NCBI GenBank assembly: GCA_016839365.1
Contig: JAEOUH010000047.1
Span: 14,542 to 78,541 of the forward strand
DNA from: Candidatus Hermodarchaeota archaeon
GTDB lineage: Archaea; Asgardarchaeota; Hermodarchaeia; Hermodarchaeales; Hermodarchaeaceae
DNA: 64,000 nt
Direction of reading: 5' to 3'
Part shown: positions 1 to 9,423 of the stretch, piece after piece
How positions within the stretch are numbered: the first letter of the stretch is position 1
How the letters are laid out: each line of letters begins with the position of its first letter
Position numbers and translations under genes: made by a program
The notes under the pieces: generated by a model
The model's database searches: none
What the model saw: the letters and a program-made list of their open reading frames with translations, nothing else
Told to the model about the DNA's origin: nothing

Positions 1-997
1 TTACGAGCGAAAGCAGTCCCTTTTGAAGATGCAGTCGATTCTCCGCTTGATCGAAGATGACACTTTGAGAGCTATCAACGACTTCATCTGTCGCCTCTTC
101 ACCTCGGAAGACGGGGAGACAGTGCATGAAGATAGCGTCCTTGTTAGCTAGTTCCATGAGTTCAGAATTACAGATCCAGTCACGATATTTTTCGTGGAGT
201 TTGGCTTCGCGGTCTTCTCCCCATTTATCAATGCCCACAGCTGAGCACTCTGCGCTCATCCATGAGCGAGGATAGATGACATGTGCCCCCGAATAAGCTT
301 CCTTGATGTCATTGGTGATGGAAAATCCGCCACCTGATTCATTAGCATTTTGATGGCACCAGTCCATAATCTCGGGATCTAATTCAAAGCCAGGAGGGTG
401 TGCAAGGACAGTATCCATTCCAAACCGAGTTGCGGTCAATACCGCACTCTGCACGCTACACCAAGAACGGGAATGGCGACTATATGCCCATGAGAAGACG
501 AATTTCTTGCCCTGAATTTTTGGGAAATTCTCCTGTACTGTCATGAGATCAGTCAGCGATTGGCACGGATGGAACTTATCATCGGCCATATTGATTATAG
601 GGATAGTTGACCATTTGGCGTATTCACGTAAGACTTGATTTCCTCGCCCATATACATAGCCAACTGCTTTTTCGAGGATACGGATGCCAATACCGTGACC
701 ATATCGAGCGAGCGTATTAGCTGTGTCTTTGACACTTTCACCCTCGCCTAGCCGCATAGCACCTGGCTCAAGGAATTGGGCGTGCCCGCCAAGTTCCGTT
801 AGTGCGGCTTCGAAACTTGCCCGGGTTCGTGTGCTTGTATTGTAGAATAGCATGAAAAAGGTCTTATCAGACAAAAGGTGAGGAGATTTTCCCGCTTTCG
901 TCTTTTTCTTTAAGTCTTTTGAGAATTCGAGAACGGCTTCGAGTTCTTCTCGTGTCCACTCTTGAGTGGTAATCATATCTCTGCCACGTAAATCCAT
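1..997 (-). CDS. aspartate/ornithine carbamoyltransferase family protein (OTC-like); C-terminus cut by window edge
   Basis: Absent from the ORF track because there is no stop inside the window. Hand translation from ATG 997..995 gives MDLRGRDMITTQEW... with the STRTR carbamoyl-phosphate motif plus HPCQ and HCLP motifs. The frame is still open at base 2. Confidence 0.8.
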   Translation of the reverse strand, partial: MDLRGRDMITTQEWTREELEAVLEFSKDLKKKTKAGKSPHLLSDKTFFMLFYNTSTRTRASFEAALTELGGHAQFLEPGAMRLGEGESVKDTANTLARYGHGIGIRILEKAVGYVYGRGNQVLREYAKWSTIPIINMADDKFHPCQSLTDLMTVQENFPKIQGKKFVFSWAYSRHSRSWCSVQSAVLTATRFGMDTVLAHPPGFELDPEIMDWCHQNANESGGGFSITNDIKEAYSGAHVIYPRSWMSAECSAVGIDKWGEDREAKLHEKYRDWICNSELMELANKDAIFMHCLPVFRGEEATDEVVDSSQSVIFDQAENRLHLQKGLLSLV

Positions 998-1088
998 CTT
1001 CCACAACCTCAGGTTCTACTTATGTGGATGCGGTGGTGGCAAAACCTTTTGAAGCTTTCGAGAAGACGCTATCGAGAAGGTATGCACC

Positions 1089-1859
1089 GTGAAGTATTTT
1101 GATACCCATTCGCATTTGGAGATGCCGCGACTTTACCCACAGGTAGATAAAATCGTAAGTCGGGCCAAAGAGGCAGGGGTAATTGGAGTAGTTGTTAGTG
1201 CTATTGAGCCAAAATTCTATCCAAAGGCGATGGACTTGAAACAACGATTTCCAGGATTCATTTGGCCTACCTTTGGTCTCCACCCACCAAGAGCGACACC
1301 TCAGATGGTGAAACGGACAATTAGGGCCATCCGTACTCACGCAGAAGAGATTGTAGCAATAGGAGAGGTAGGATTAGATTACTATTGGGTGAAAGACTCG
1401 ACAGAGCGGAATTATCAGAAGACTGCGTTTGTAGAGTTCATTCATCTCGCTAAAGAACTGAATTTACCGTTAGTCGTACACTCACGTGATGCTGAGGCAG
1501 ATGCGATGCAGATTTTACGTGAGCAGCAGATGTTTGATGTGCAGTTACATTGCTTTAATGATCCTCAACAAGTTCGACAAGCAGCAGACGCCAACTTCTT
1601 CATGAGTGTCCCAACAAGTGTCGTTTTACGTCAACGTATGCAGCGTATTGCGAAAGAGATGCCGATAGAGAATATGCTCTTAGAAACTGATGCACCTTAT
1701 CTGTCTCCTGTTCCAAAACAAACTAATGAGCCAGCAAATCTCCCACAGGCTGCTGTCAAAATTGCTGAACTCAAGGGCACAACACCTGAAACGATTGCGG
1801 TTACAACAACCAAAAATGCTCTAAATTTCTTGCAATTACTTAATCTCTATACAGGGTAG
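1089..1859 (+). CDS. TatD-family metal-dependent hydrolase
   Basis: 256 aa. N-terminal FDTHSHL motif, HSRD and ETDAPYL motifs typical of TatD/YcfH. Confidence 0.85.
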   Translation: MKYFDTHSHLEMPRLYPQVDKIVSRAKEAGVIGVVVSAIEPKFYPKAMDLKQRFPGFIWPTFGLHPPRATPQMVKRTIRAIRTHAEEIVAIGEVGLDYYWVKDSTERNYQKTAFVEFIHLAKELNLPLVVHSRDAEADAMQILREQQMFDVQLHCFNDPQQVRQAADANFFMSVPTSVVLRQRMQRIAKEMPIENMLLETDAPYLSPVPKQTNEPANLPQAAVKIAELKGTTPETIAVTTTKNALNFLQLLNLYTG

Positions 1860-1877
1860 AAGCAATGATTCGGACTT

Positions 1878-3704
1878 CTATCGTACTGTAAGGGTCTTGC
1901 TAATATTCCGAGGATAATCAGGATCGATATCCTTGTATGTTGCTAAATGATAGGCCAGAAGTTGGAGGGGGATTGCTTGAAGGATTGGACTAAGGTTTTG
2001 GTTTGATTTCGGAACAGTAAGAAAATCTTCTTCGGTCACATAACGTCGGAGTAGCGGATGGTCTTCGCCAGTGGCAATGATTCGGGCGCCACGGCATTCA
2101 ACTTCAGCTAAGTGATTTACTATATGTTCTGCGTCGTCTGGTGCAATTGCGAAAATGATGGGATAGCCTTTGTCGACGATGCTAAGCGGACCATGTTTGA
2201 ATTCACTTGAGTACATACCATCTGCTACAATATAGCAAACCTCTTTGATTTTCAGGGCACCTTCCAAAGCTACACCATGTGTCAGGCCATGGCCTAGCAC
2301 GTAAAAGTGGGAGAATCTTGATAGATACGGAGCAAGCGATCTTGCTTTCAGAGTGGTTGTCGAAATGGTTTCTTCTATGAGAGGAGAAAGCTGGGTCTTC
2401 AAAGCATTTAGCTTAGATTCAGCTTGATTTTGGTTTAGAACGCCTTTCTTACGCCCCGCTTGGATTGCTAAAAAGTCAAAGAGGGTGACTTGGCTTGTGT
2501 AGGTTTTGGTGGCAGGAACGCTAATTTCAAAACCGGATCCTAAAGGCAGATAGAGATCACTTAGATGAGTCAGGGTTGACCCTAACACGTTGACTACACC
2601 TAGGATTTTGGTGTTCTTTTTCAGTGAATGATGGACTGCATCAATAACATCCTTTGTTTCCCCACTTTGACTAACGCAGACAGCAACGTCTTTTTCACCA
2701 ATGGATTCGCCATAAAGTGAAGTGAATTGACCCCCAATGACAGGAATGGCTGCAATGTTAGCTAATTCATTGAAGTAATAGCTTCCAACAACTGCTGCAT
2801 GGTAACTGGAACCGCAAGCTATGAAAAAGACACGGTTAGCTTCGATGAGCGTGTCTACGAATTGACTGATGTAAGGTTCACGGATGGCGCTGAAGAGAGT
2901 GCGAGTCGCACTAACTTGTTCATGGATTTCCTTGAGCATAAAATGAGGATAACCACCCTTCTGAGCTACACGGATATCTGCATCAGAGGTGTATGGATTT
3001 CTTTCAATGACTGTACCTTTGGAGATACTGCGAATTTCAAGGGTTTCAGGTGTTAGAATAATCATCTCACCGTCATGGATGTTCACAATTTCACGGGTGA
3101 CAGGCAAAATGCTTGGTAAATCACTGCTTACACAGGTTTCCCCATCGCCGATACCAGCGAAAAGACTCGATCCCATCTTCACGGCATAGATTTTGTCGTC
3201 ATCCCGGTGCATTACTGCAAATGCGTAATCCCCCTTTAGGTCACTACAACCTTTGCGAATAGCATCGATCAGATCGCCCGACTGATCGTAGTATCTTTCC
3301 ACAGCGTGTACACAAATCTCCCCATCGTTCATGCTGCGAACAATATGACCTTCTTCAGTGTATTGTTCCCGGAGGGGAAGGAAATTTAGGATGTTCCCAT
3401 TATGTGCCGCACATAGGTCCTCATCACAGTCTAAATGAGGTTGAGCATTTAGTTTACTCGGAGCACCAAAGGTTGCCCATCGAAGTTGGGCAATTCCCTT
3501 TGATCCTGGCATCTCGCTGAGCCGGAGCTTTTCTGCTACTTCATCGAATTTTCCTTTGTCTTTGCGTAGATGAATCCGATTCTTAGCTACAGTAGCGATG
3601 CCGACAGTGTCATAACCACGGTAGGTGAGTTTCTCGGCACATTCGACGAGGATTTCGCCGATATCATTGCGTTTGTTGCTGGTTATTGCGAATATGCCGC
3701 ACAC
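1878..3704 (-). CDS. glmS: glutamine--fructose-6-phosphate aminotransferase (isomerizing)
   Basis: 608 aa. Starts MCGIF (N-terminal nucleophile Cys of a class II amidotransferase), two SIS-like halves, typical length. Confidence 0.9.
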   Translation of the reverse strand: MCGIFAITSNKRNDIGEILVECAEKLTYRGYDTVGIATVAKNRIHLRKDKGKFDEVAEKLRLSEMPGSKGIAQLRWATFGAPSKLNAQPHLDCDEDLCAAHNGNILNFLPLREQYTEEGHIVRSMNDGEICVHAVERYYDQSGDLIDAIRKGCSDLKGDYAFAVMHRDDDKIYAVKMGSSLFAGIGDGETCVSSDLPSILPVTREIVNIHDGEMIILTPETLEIRSISKGTVIERNPYTSDADIRVAQKGGYPHFMLKEIHEQVSATRTLFSAIREPYISQFVDTLIEANRVFFIACGSSYHAAVVGSYYFNELANIAAIPVIGGQFTSLYGESIGEKDVAVCVSQSGETKDVIDAVHHSLKKNTKILGVVNVLGSTLTHLSDLYLPLGSGFEISVPATKTYTSQVTLFDFLAIQAGRKKGVLNQNQAESKLNALKTQLSPLIEETISTTTLKARSLAPYLSRFSHFYVLGHGLTHGVALEGALKIKEVCYIVADGMYSSEFKHGPLSIVDKGYPIIFAIAPDDAEHIVNHLAEVECRGARIIATGEDHPLLRRYVTEEDFLTVPKSNQNLSPILQAIPLQLLAYHLATYKDIDPDYPRNISKTLTVR

Positions 3705-3775
3705 ACAATTTCGCTCCTTGTAATTGGCTTCACAGGCAAAATTCGTTTAACTGTGTTTCGTTATTGCATCATTTT

Positions 3776-5038
3776 CTATTTTTCAAGACCAAGCGCTTGA
3801 CGAAGTTGGTTGAGATCTGGGTCAATGACTGGTGGTGTTAAAACTCGTTGAATGACTATATCTTGGTCTTTTAATCCGCTACCTGTTGCTTCAACTAGAA
3901 TGCATTCCGAGGGGTCTTGAGTTCCTAATTCGAGTTGAACAAGTAGACCAGCGAGTCCAGTAACTCCGGAAGGCTCTGCAAAAATTCCTTCATACTTTGC
4001 GAGCAATTGTTGTGCATAAAGAATCTTGTCATCTTCAACCGCTATGGCAGAACCTTTCGAATCCCGTATTGCAGTAAGAGCAAGGTCACCATCCCAAGGT
4101 AAAGGATCACATAATCCTTCAGCGACGCTGTGAGGCGAGGCACAAGGGACAATCTTGAAAGGATCCTGATTAGTAAGGTACGCTTGAACAAGTGGAGCAC
4201 ATCCGGTGGCTTGAACAGCCAACATACGAGGATGACCCTTTACTAGCCCAAGTGTTTCAAAATCAGTGAAGCCACGCCATTGACCACCGAGTAGGCCCCC
4301 AGCACCCACTTGAACATAGGCTATGTCGGGCACATTCCAGTCGAGTTGTTCAATGATTTCGTATGCAAGGGTCTTCGGGCCTTCGGCTTGATATGGATTG
4401 AAAGGTCCAAAGCTTGGGCAAGGAGTCCACCCATAAGTGCCGCAGGCTTCCCGTAATAATTTGACCGTTGGATCGTCCCCTTTGTGTAATCCACGGAGTC
4501 GTACAACTTTTGCTCCGTATAGGAGCAGTTGAGCGATTTTTCCCATGGGTGCAATATCCGGTACAAAACAATAGCAGGAAAACCCTGCACGGGCACAATA
4601 TGCCGCCAAGGCGGCAGCTGCATTACCACTACTTGCCGAAGCAAGAGTTGTTGCACCGTGCTCTTTGGCTTTCGAAACACCAACAGTCATGGGGCGATCT
4701 TTGAATGACCATGTAGGATTTCGTGTTTCATCTTTAATGAAGAGCTCACGCAGCCCCAGGTGTTCAGCAAGGCGTTTGCTACGGAGGAGAGGCGTGCCGC
4801 CCTCACCAAGGCTGATTATGTTTGATTGATCTTTAACGGGAAGTAGTTCAGAGTAACTCCATACTCCAAGAGGGCGCCTAATCAATTCCCTCTTAGTTAT
4901 GATTTCTTTGAGTTGTTCGAAATCGTAGTGGACATCAATACGTGCGTTACATTCGTGAGTTTTACAGAAAAGTGGATTCTGGGATTCTTCGTATTTGCTT
5001 CCACATTTTGGGCAACTGAGATGAGTTACATATGACAC
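3776..5038 (-). CDS. thrC: threonine synthase-like PLP enzyme with N-terminal zinc ribbon
   Basis: 420 aa. CPKCG...C zinc ribbon, PLP-lysine motif SFKDR, ASSGNAAAALAAY. Confidence 0.7.
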   Translation of the reverse strand: MSYVTHLSCPKCGSKYEESQNPLFCKTHECNARIDVHYDFEQLKEIITKRELIRRPLGVWSYSELLPVKDQSNIISLGEGGTPLLRSKRLAEHLGLRELFIKDETRNPTWSFKDRPMTVGVSKAKEHGATTLASASSGNAAAALAAYCARAGFSCYCFVPDIAPMGKIAQLLLYGAKVVRLRGLHKGDDPTVKLLREACGTYGWTPCPSFGPFNPYQAEGPKTLAYEIIEQLDWNVPDIAYVQVGAGGLLGGQWRGFTDFETLGLVKGHPRMLAVQATGCAPLVQAYLTNQDPFKIVPCASPHSVAEGLCDPLPWDGDLALTAIRDSKGSAIAVEDDKILYAQQLLAKYEGIFAEPSGVTGLAGLLVQLELGTQDPSECILVEATGSGLKDQDIVIQRVLTPPVIDPDLNQLRQALGLEK

Positions 5039-5040
5039 GG

Positions 5041-5793
5041 TTAACTGGCCTCCAATTGGGTTTCACTTTGTAATGCGACTAACCCATCGTGGATTATTAC
5101 ATATCGTTCTGACATGCCTTCTAAATGTTCAAAGAGGGTTGTATAAACTGATCGACTTCGTAATGGCGCTTTCGTGTCTAAGTCATCGATGGGAGCAAGA
5201 GATTTACGTCTAATAGCGCGTCTAAAAGCGATTACTATTCGATAACCATCTTCCCGTCGAAGCCGTGCTTGCTGTTTCTTCGACAGAATATGGAGGAAAC
5301 TATCGAGCTGTGTCTTCAGAGAGAGTGAATCAACTATTATTACTAAACACGCAACAAACAGAAAGATACTTCCTATCATCTCACTTTCCCACCAAGATAG
5401 TTGCGTTATAGGAGCCATCAAATCCAGTGCCGCTCTCAAGCAGCGTAGGCTTACATCCCGTTTTTGGGCTAAATAGAACAGGTCGCTAGCCTCGAGTAAG
5501 AGACCGGCGGCTCTTGTGGGCTGGTGTTTGCGCCAATAATAGTCCCCGCTAACGAGGACAAAGACTAGCGCATCTTCGTGCTGTTTTTTCTCCCGAAGTT
5601 TTGCGGCTTCTTGCAGGTATTGACCTAACTTCGCCTTGGCCACATCCGATCCAGGCGATGTCATTAACCCTGTTAAGCGTAACTCAGCTTCTGTTTCAAA
5701 TGACTTTCGGTGATTCCCAACCGCCTTATAGAGATCCCGCCAGAAATTTTGCAGAAAAACACCTCGTAACAACCGGGAAAGTGCTCTTTCCAA
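5041..5793 (-). CDS. hypothetical protein with one central hydrophobic segment
   Basis: 250-aa ORF, 3 nt from thrC on the same strand. No motif recognised. Confidence 0.4.
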   Translation of the reverse strand: MERALSRLLRGVFLQNFWRDLYKAVGNHRKSFETEAELRLTGLMTSPGSDVAKAKLGQYLQEAAKLREKKQHEDALVFVLVSGDYYWRKHQPTRAAGLLLEASDLFYLAQKRDVSLRCLRAALDLMAPITQLSWWESEMIGSIFLFVACLVIIVDSLSLKTQLDSFLHILSKKQQARLRREDGYRIVIAFRRAIRRKSLAPIDDLDTKAPLRSRSVYTTLFEHLEGMSERYVIIHDGLVALQSETQLEAS

Positions 5794-5916
5794 TCCTTAG
5801 CTTATAAGACTGAAAAACATTCGGTGAAATCTAAAACTTCAAAGAAAGTGAGGTTTATTCATCGAATCTAGCAAAGTTTATGTTGGTCGAACCTTTGTTT
5901 CAGTTGGTGGCGTCAA

Positions 5917-8900
5917 GTGGTTTCCAAGCGGACTGTAGTGGCAGCTATTTCCGTAGCCATTATCCTAATGATAATTCTTAGTTTTCTTTTGCCACTTATT
6001 TTTGTGCCACCTATTCCGCGACAACGACCATTCGATGACATCCCCGATTGGGGAACTGGGGTGACAGTAGAGGGGGGAGAAGACACCATCCTTGATAATA
6101 TTACGCTTGAGGATGTTACCTTAGATCTAAACTGGTCAATTGACCCGACATTCATTGTTGCCATTGTCTCACCGGTGGATCCACCTCGTTATTGGCGAAC
6201 TACCGCCTACGACCGATATACTGGAACCGATTGGGAAAAGAGCACAAACGCCACCCTGCCACTTCCCATGGTTACTCCCGCAGGTGAGACAGTGTATACC
6301 ATAACCCAAAATATTACCAATCAGGGTCCAACGGGAACATTTCCTCTCTTATCCTTGTGGCCGGAACCCCAAATTATTGACCAGTCCCTTCAATTTCCCA
6401 ATCTTTCCGATCCTAATTCCTATAACCTTGAGGTTGATGAGTTCGGAACTGCCCTTTTCAACGGATTCTTCTCCCAAACGGGAACCGCAACCTTGCAATA
6501 TCAGGTTACTTACCTACCCCGAAATTGGACACTAATCCGCCCACAATCGCTCCCAAGTAGTTCGACTCCAGCTCCTATTCTCGCTCAGTATCAACAGCAA
6601 GGGCTTACTATGATGAGCGCTTCGACCCGTTCGAATGTACAGACACGGTTATCGTCGATTCTTGCTGGTGTACCCAATACAGCCTTCGAGCAAGCTTTTG
6701 CCATTCACAACTATTTCAAAGCAAGTTTCGCCTTTGACCCGTTTGTTCCAAGACCAAGTTCGAGCGAGGAGCATGTTGAATGGTTTCTCCAGCAAGGCGG
6801 AGGTATAGGAATTGACTTTGCCACCACTTATACAATGTTTCTCCGTGAAGCGGGAATTGCCGCCAGACCGGTCTTTGGAGCAGTGCTTGGAGAAAATCAG
6901 GGGAGTCAACGGGTCCTTCGTCTGATGCACCTTCATTTTTGGGTCGAAGTGTATATTCCTACCGCTTCACAGGGCTATTGGATTCAATTTGACCCCACCC
7001 CGTTACCCAGCTTTGTCACCGACGGTAGCCCTCCACCCGTACCCAGCCCACCAAACCAGTCTCCCACCCCTGTTGTGCCCGATGAGGACCCCTGGGTTGT
7101 GAGTAGCTACTTGAACCTAGCCGTCAGCGTTTCTTCTCCCATTGTCAACCGATTTCAGCTATTTCAAATCAGTGCAACTCTTACCGAGGATGGCGTCCCC
7201 CAAGCTGGTGAGACGATTTCATTCTATGATGAAACCGAACAATGGTTCTTGGGAAGCAGTGTAACCTCGGCTCTTGGTGTAGCGAGTGTAACCTTTGAGT
7301 ATAACAATTCAGCCATCGTTGGTGGACACTTACTCAGCGCGGAATTCATCGCCTTGAGAGCGTACAACGTCACTGCACTTTATGGTGCAGCAAATCTGTT
7401 GATGTCCGTTGCCCCATTGGAAGCGAACCGAAGTACATTCGTTCATATTAATGGTACATTAACCGATGCGGTTAATGGCAGAGGGATTTCAGCTAATGAA
7501 ACCGGCTTCACAGGCGTTAATATCTTATTCAATTTCGCCCTTGCTTCGCAACCGTTAACTGACGCACTAGGTCGTTACGCGGTTGATTACTCAATTCCTC
7601 TCTCTCAAGCACCTTTAGGTCCAACGCAGGTGCAAGCCGCATTTGTTTTACCAGGTGTCATAGATCCAACGGCGAGTGGAATTGAAATATTAAATGTCAC
7701 TGCCACCTCACAGCTTACTGTCCAAGCACAACCGAATTCGGTACGGTTAAACAGTAATACTACACTTCAAGGCCAACTAAGATATGACAACGGCACAGGA
7801 ATTGCCGGACAGAGCATTCTACTGTTTTGGAATGGAACACCTGCTGGCACAACAAGCACTGATGGGGCTGGCTACTATTCTCTGGATTATAATGCTACAG
7901 CAATTGGACAGGTCACCATTGATGCCCGGTTTTTAGGTGCTCAATATGTGTACGGTTCACAGGCATCAAGCACTGCTCTCGTGCACCAACAAGGCACAAT
8001 CGTTGTATATGTAGACGATGATGATGGTGACGATATCACCCAACGGGGAAATACTGTTTTCTTTTCAGGTTATGTTGAAGATCAATATGGAACCCGCCAA
8101 GGATCCGTGACCGTCCGTATTTTTTTGAATGGAACTCAGGTTGCTTCTACTGTAACCTTTGCCAACGGGTCGTACTCAGTTAGTTTTTTGCTTCCAGGAA
8201 CCCAACCGGTGGGTATTCGTGAGGTCACTGGGGATGTCGTTCATGCAACATTGATAGCCATCTCCAGCTTTGATTATTTTCTAATTAATTCATCAACCGC
8301 GGTTCAGAACCTAATAGTTGATATCTCCCCTGCCCTGCTGGGGGAAACAGTCACTCTTATTGGTCAACTTATTGATGATCAAAGAATCGGGCTTTCAGGA
8401 CAAAGTCTTGACCTTGCTATTTCTTACTTAGCCACCTCCATCCCAATTGGACCAGTGTTAACTCAACCAGGTGGCACGTTTTCATTTGTTCTACCGATTC
8501 CAACAATCATTCCTTCAAGCGTTTCGACCATTTCATTGGATGTGACCTATGTTGGGACCCTCTATTATGGCGCCAGTGGCAATTCTTCGTTTCTTTACAT
8601 CTTCTCAAACGCGACGCTCCTGATTGATGTCCCTGCGGGACCTTTTGCGTGGAATGAAAGCATTCTGGTAAATGGTTCCCTTGTCGATAATTTTGGTCGT
8701 CCCCTACCTAACCGAGATATCCAGCTTTTCGTTAATGGAACGAGTAACATTTTAACTGCATCAGATCAATTGGGCCACGTCGGGTTCCTGATTAGATTCA
8801 GACCTTCAGGAATCAACGATGCGACCTATGCCCTACAGCTCCGGCACGAAACGATAATTACCCTTAACTCGTCTGTAAGAAACATAATTGTGGAGGCCGA

Positions 8901-9423
8901 ACAACCCATGCAACCACCACCATCTCTACCAATTCCCCTTGAATGGATTTTTGTTATAGTCATAATCATTGTCATTGCGATTATTGCCTTTCTTGGCTAT
9001 CGCTACTGGAAACGCCGTCCTCGGCAGCCTACTGTACCATCAATAGATGCAGCAGCGATGCTGACTGCTCTTCGTCAGCTTCTGACAGATAAGAAATACA
9101 GGGAAGCCATCATCTACGCCTTCCGGATGTATGAAGCCATCATTCAGGCTAAACTCGGAATCTATCGCGACCCTAGTATAACAGTACGAGAGTTCGCCAA
9201 TCTCACTGTTGCGCATGGCCGCCTAGACTCCCGAAATATGGAGGTTTTCATTCGGGGTGTCGAAGAAGCCCGCTACAGTGATCATCCCGTTAGCTATAAT
9301 CTGGCGCTCTCCACATTGAGTGCCTTTGCCAGTCTCTACAACTCCTTAACTGGAGGCAATCTGCGGTTTGTCACGCAAGAAGAACAACCCCAACCAAATG
9401 CCCAACCAACCGAAAGCGGCTGA
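5917..9423 (+). CDS. large surface protein: N-terminal TM, transglutaminase-like core (Cys replaced), about six Ig-like/CarboxypepD_reg-like repeats, C-terminal TM, DUF4129-like tail
   Basis: 1168 aa, GTG start. TGase-like signature GIGIDFATTYTMFLREAGIAARPVFG...HFWVEVY...QFDPTP. Repeated G-x-L-x-D-x-x-G-x-P/G...G-x-Y modules. 26 N-x-S/T sequons by hand count. TM helix EWIFVIVIIIVIAIIAFLGY followed by a REAIIYAFRMYE... helical tail. Confidence 0.7.
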   Translation: MVSKRTVVAAISVAIILMIILSFLLPLIFVPPIPRQRPFDDIPDWGTGVTVEGGEDTILDNITLEDVTLDLNWSIDPTFIVAIVSPVDPPRYWRTTAYDRYTGTDWEKSTNATLPLPMVTPAGETVYTITQNITNQGPTGTFPLLSLWPEPQIIDQSLQFPNLSDPNSYNLEVDEFGTALFNGFFSQTGTATLQYQVTYLPRNWTLIRPQSLPSSSTPAPILAQYQQQGLTMMSASTRSNVQTRLSSILAGVPNTAFEQAFAIHNYFKASFAFDPFVPRPSSSEEHVEWFLQQGGGIGIDFATTYTMFLREAGIAARPVFGAVLGENQGSQRVLRLMHLHFWVEVYIPTASQGYWIQFDPTPLPSFVTDGSPPPVPSPPNQSPTPVVPDEDPWVVSSYLNLAVSVSSPIVNRFQLFQISATLTEDGVPQAGETISFYDETEQWFLGSSVTSALGVASVTFEYNNSAIVGGHLLSAEFIALRAYNVTALYGAANLLMSVAPLEANRSTFVHINGTLTDAVNGRGISANETGFTGVNILFNFALASQPLTDALGRYAVDYSIPLSQAPLGPTQVQAAFVLPGVIDPTASGIEILNVTATSQLTVQAQPNSVRLNSNTTLQGQLRYDNGTGIAGQSILLFWNGTPAGTTSTDGAGYYSLDYNATAIGQVTIDARFLGAQYVYGSQASSTALVHQQGTIVVYVDDDDGDDITQRGNTVFFSGYVEDQYGTRQGSVTVRIFLNGTQVASTVTFANGSYSVSFLLPGTQPVGIREVTGDVVHATLIAISSFDYFLINSSTAVQNLIVDISPALLGETVTLIGQLIDDQRIGLSGQSLDLAISYLATSIPIGPVLTQPGGTFSFVLPIPTIIPSSVSTISLDVTYVGTLYYGASGNSSFLYIFSNATLLIDVPAGPFAWNESILVNGSLVDNFGRPLPNRDIQLFVNGTSNILTASDQLGHVGFLIRFRPSGINDATYALQLRHETIITLNSSVRNIIVEAEQPMQPPPSLPIPLEWIFVIVIIIVIAIIAFLGYRYWKRRPRQPTVPSIDAAAMLTALRQLLTDKKYREAIIYAFRMYEAIIQAKLGIYRDPSITVREFANLTVAHGRLDSRNMEVFIRGVEEARYSDHPVSYNLALSTLSAFASLYNSLTGGNLRFVTQEEQPQPNAQPTESG

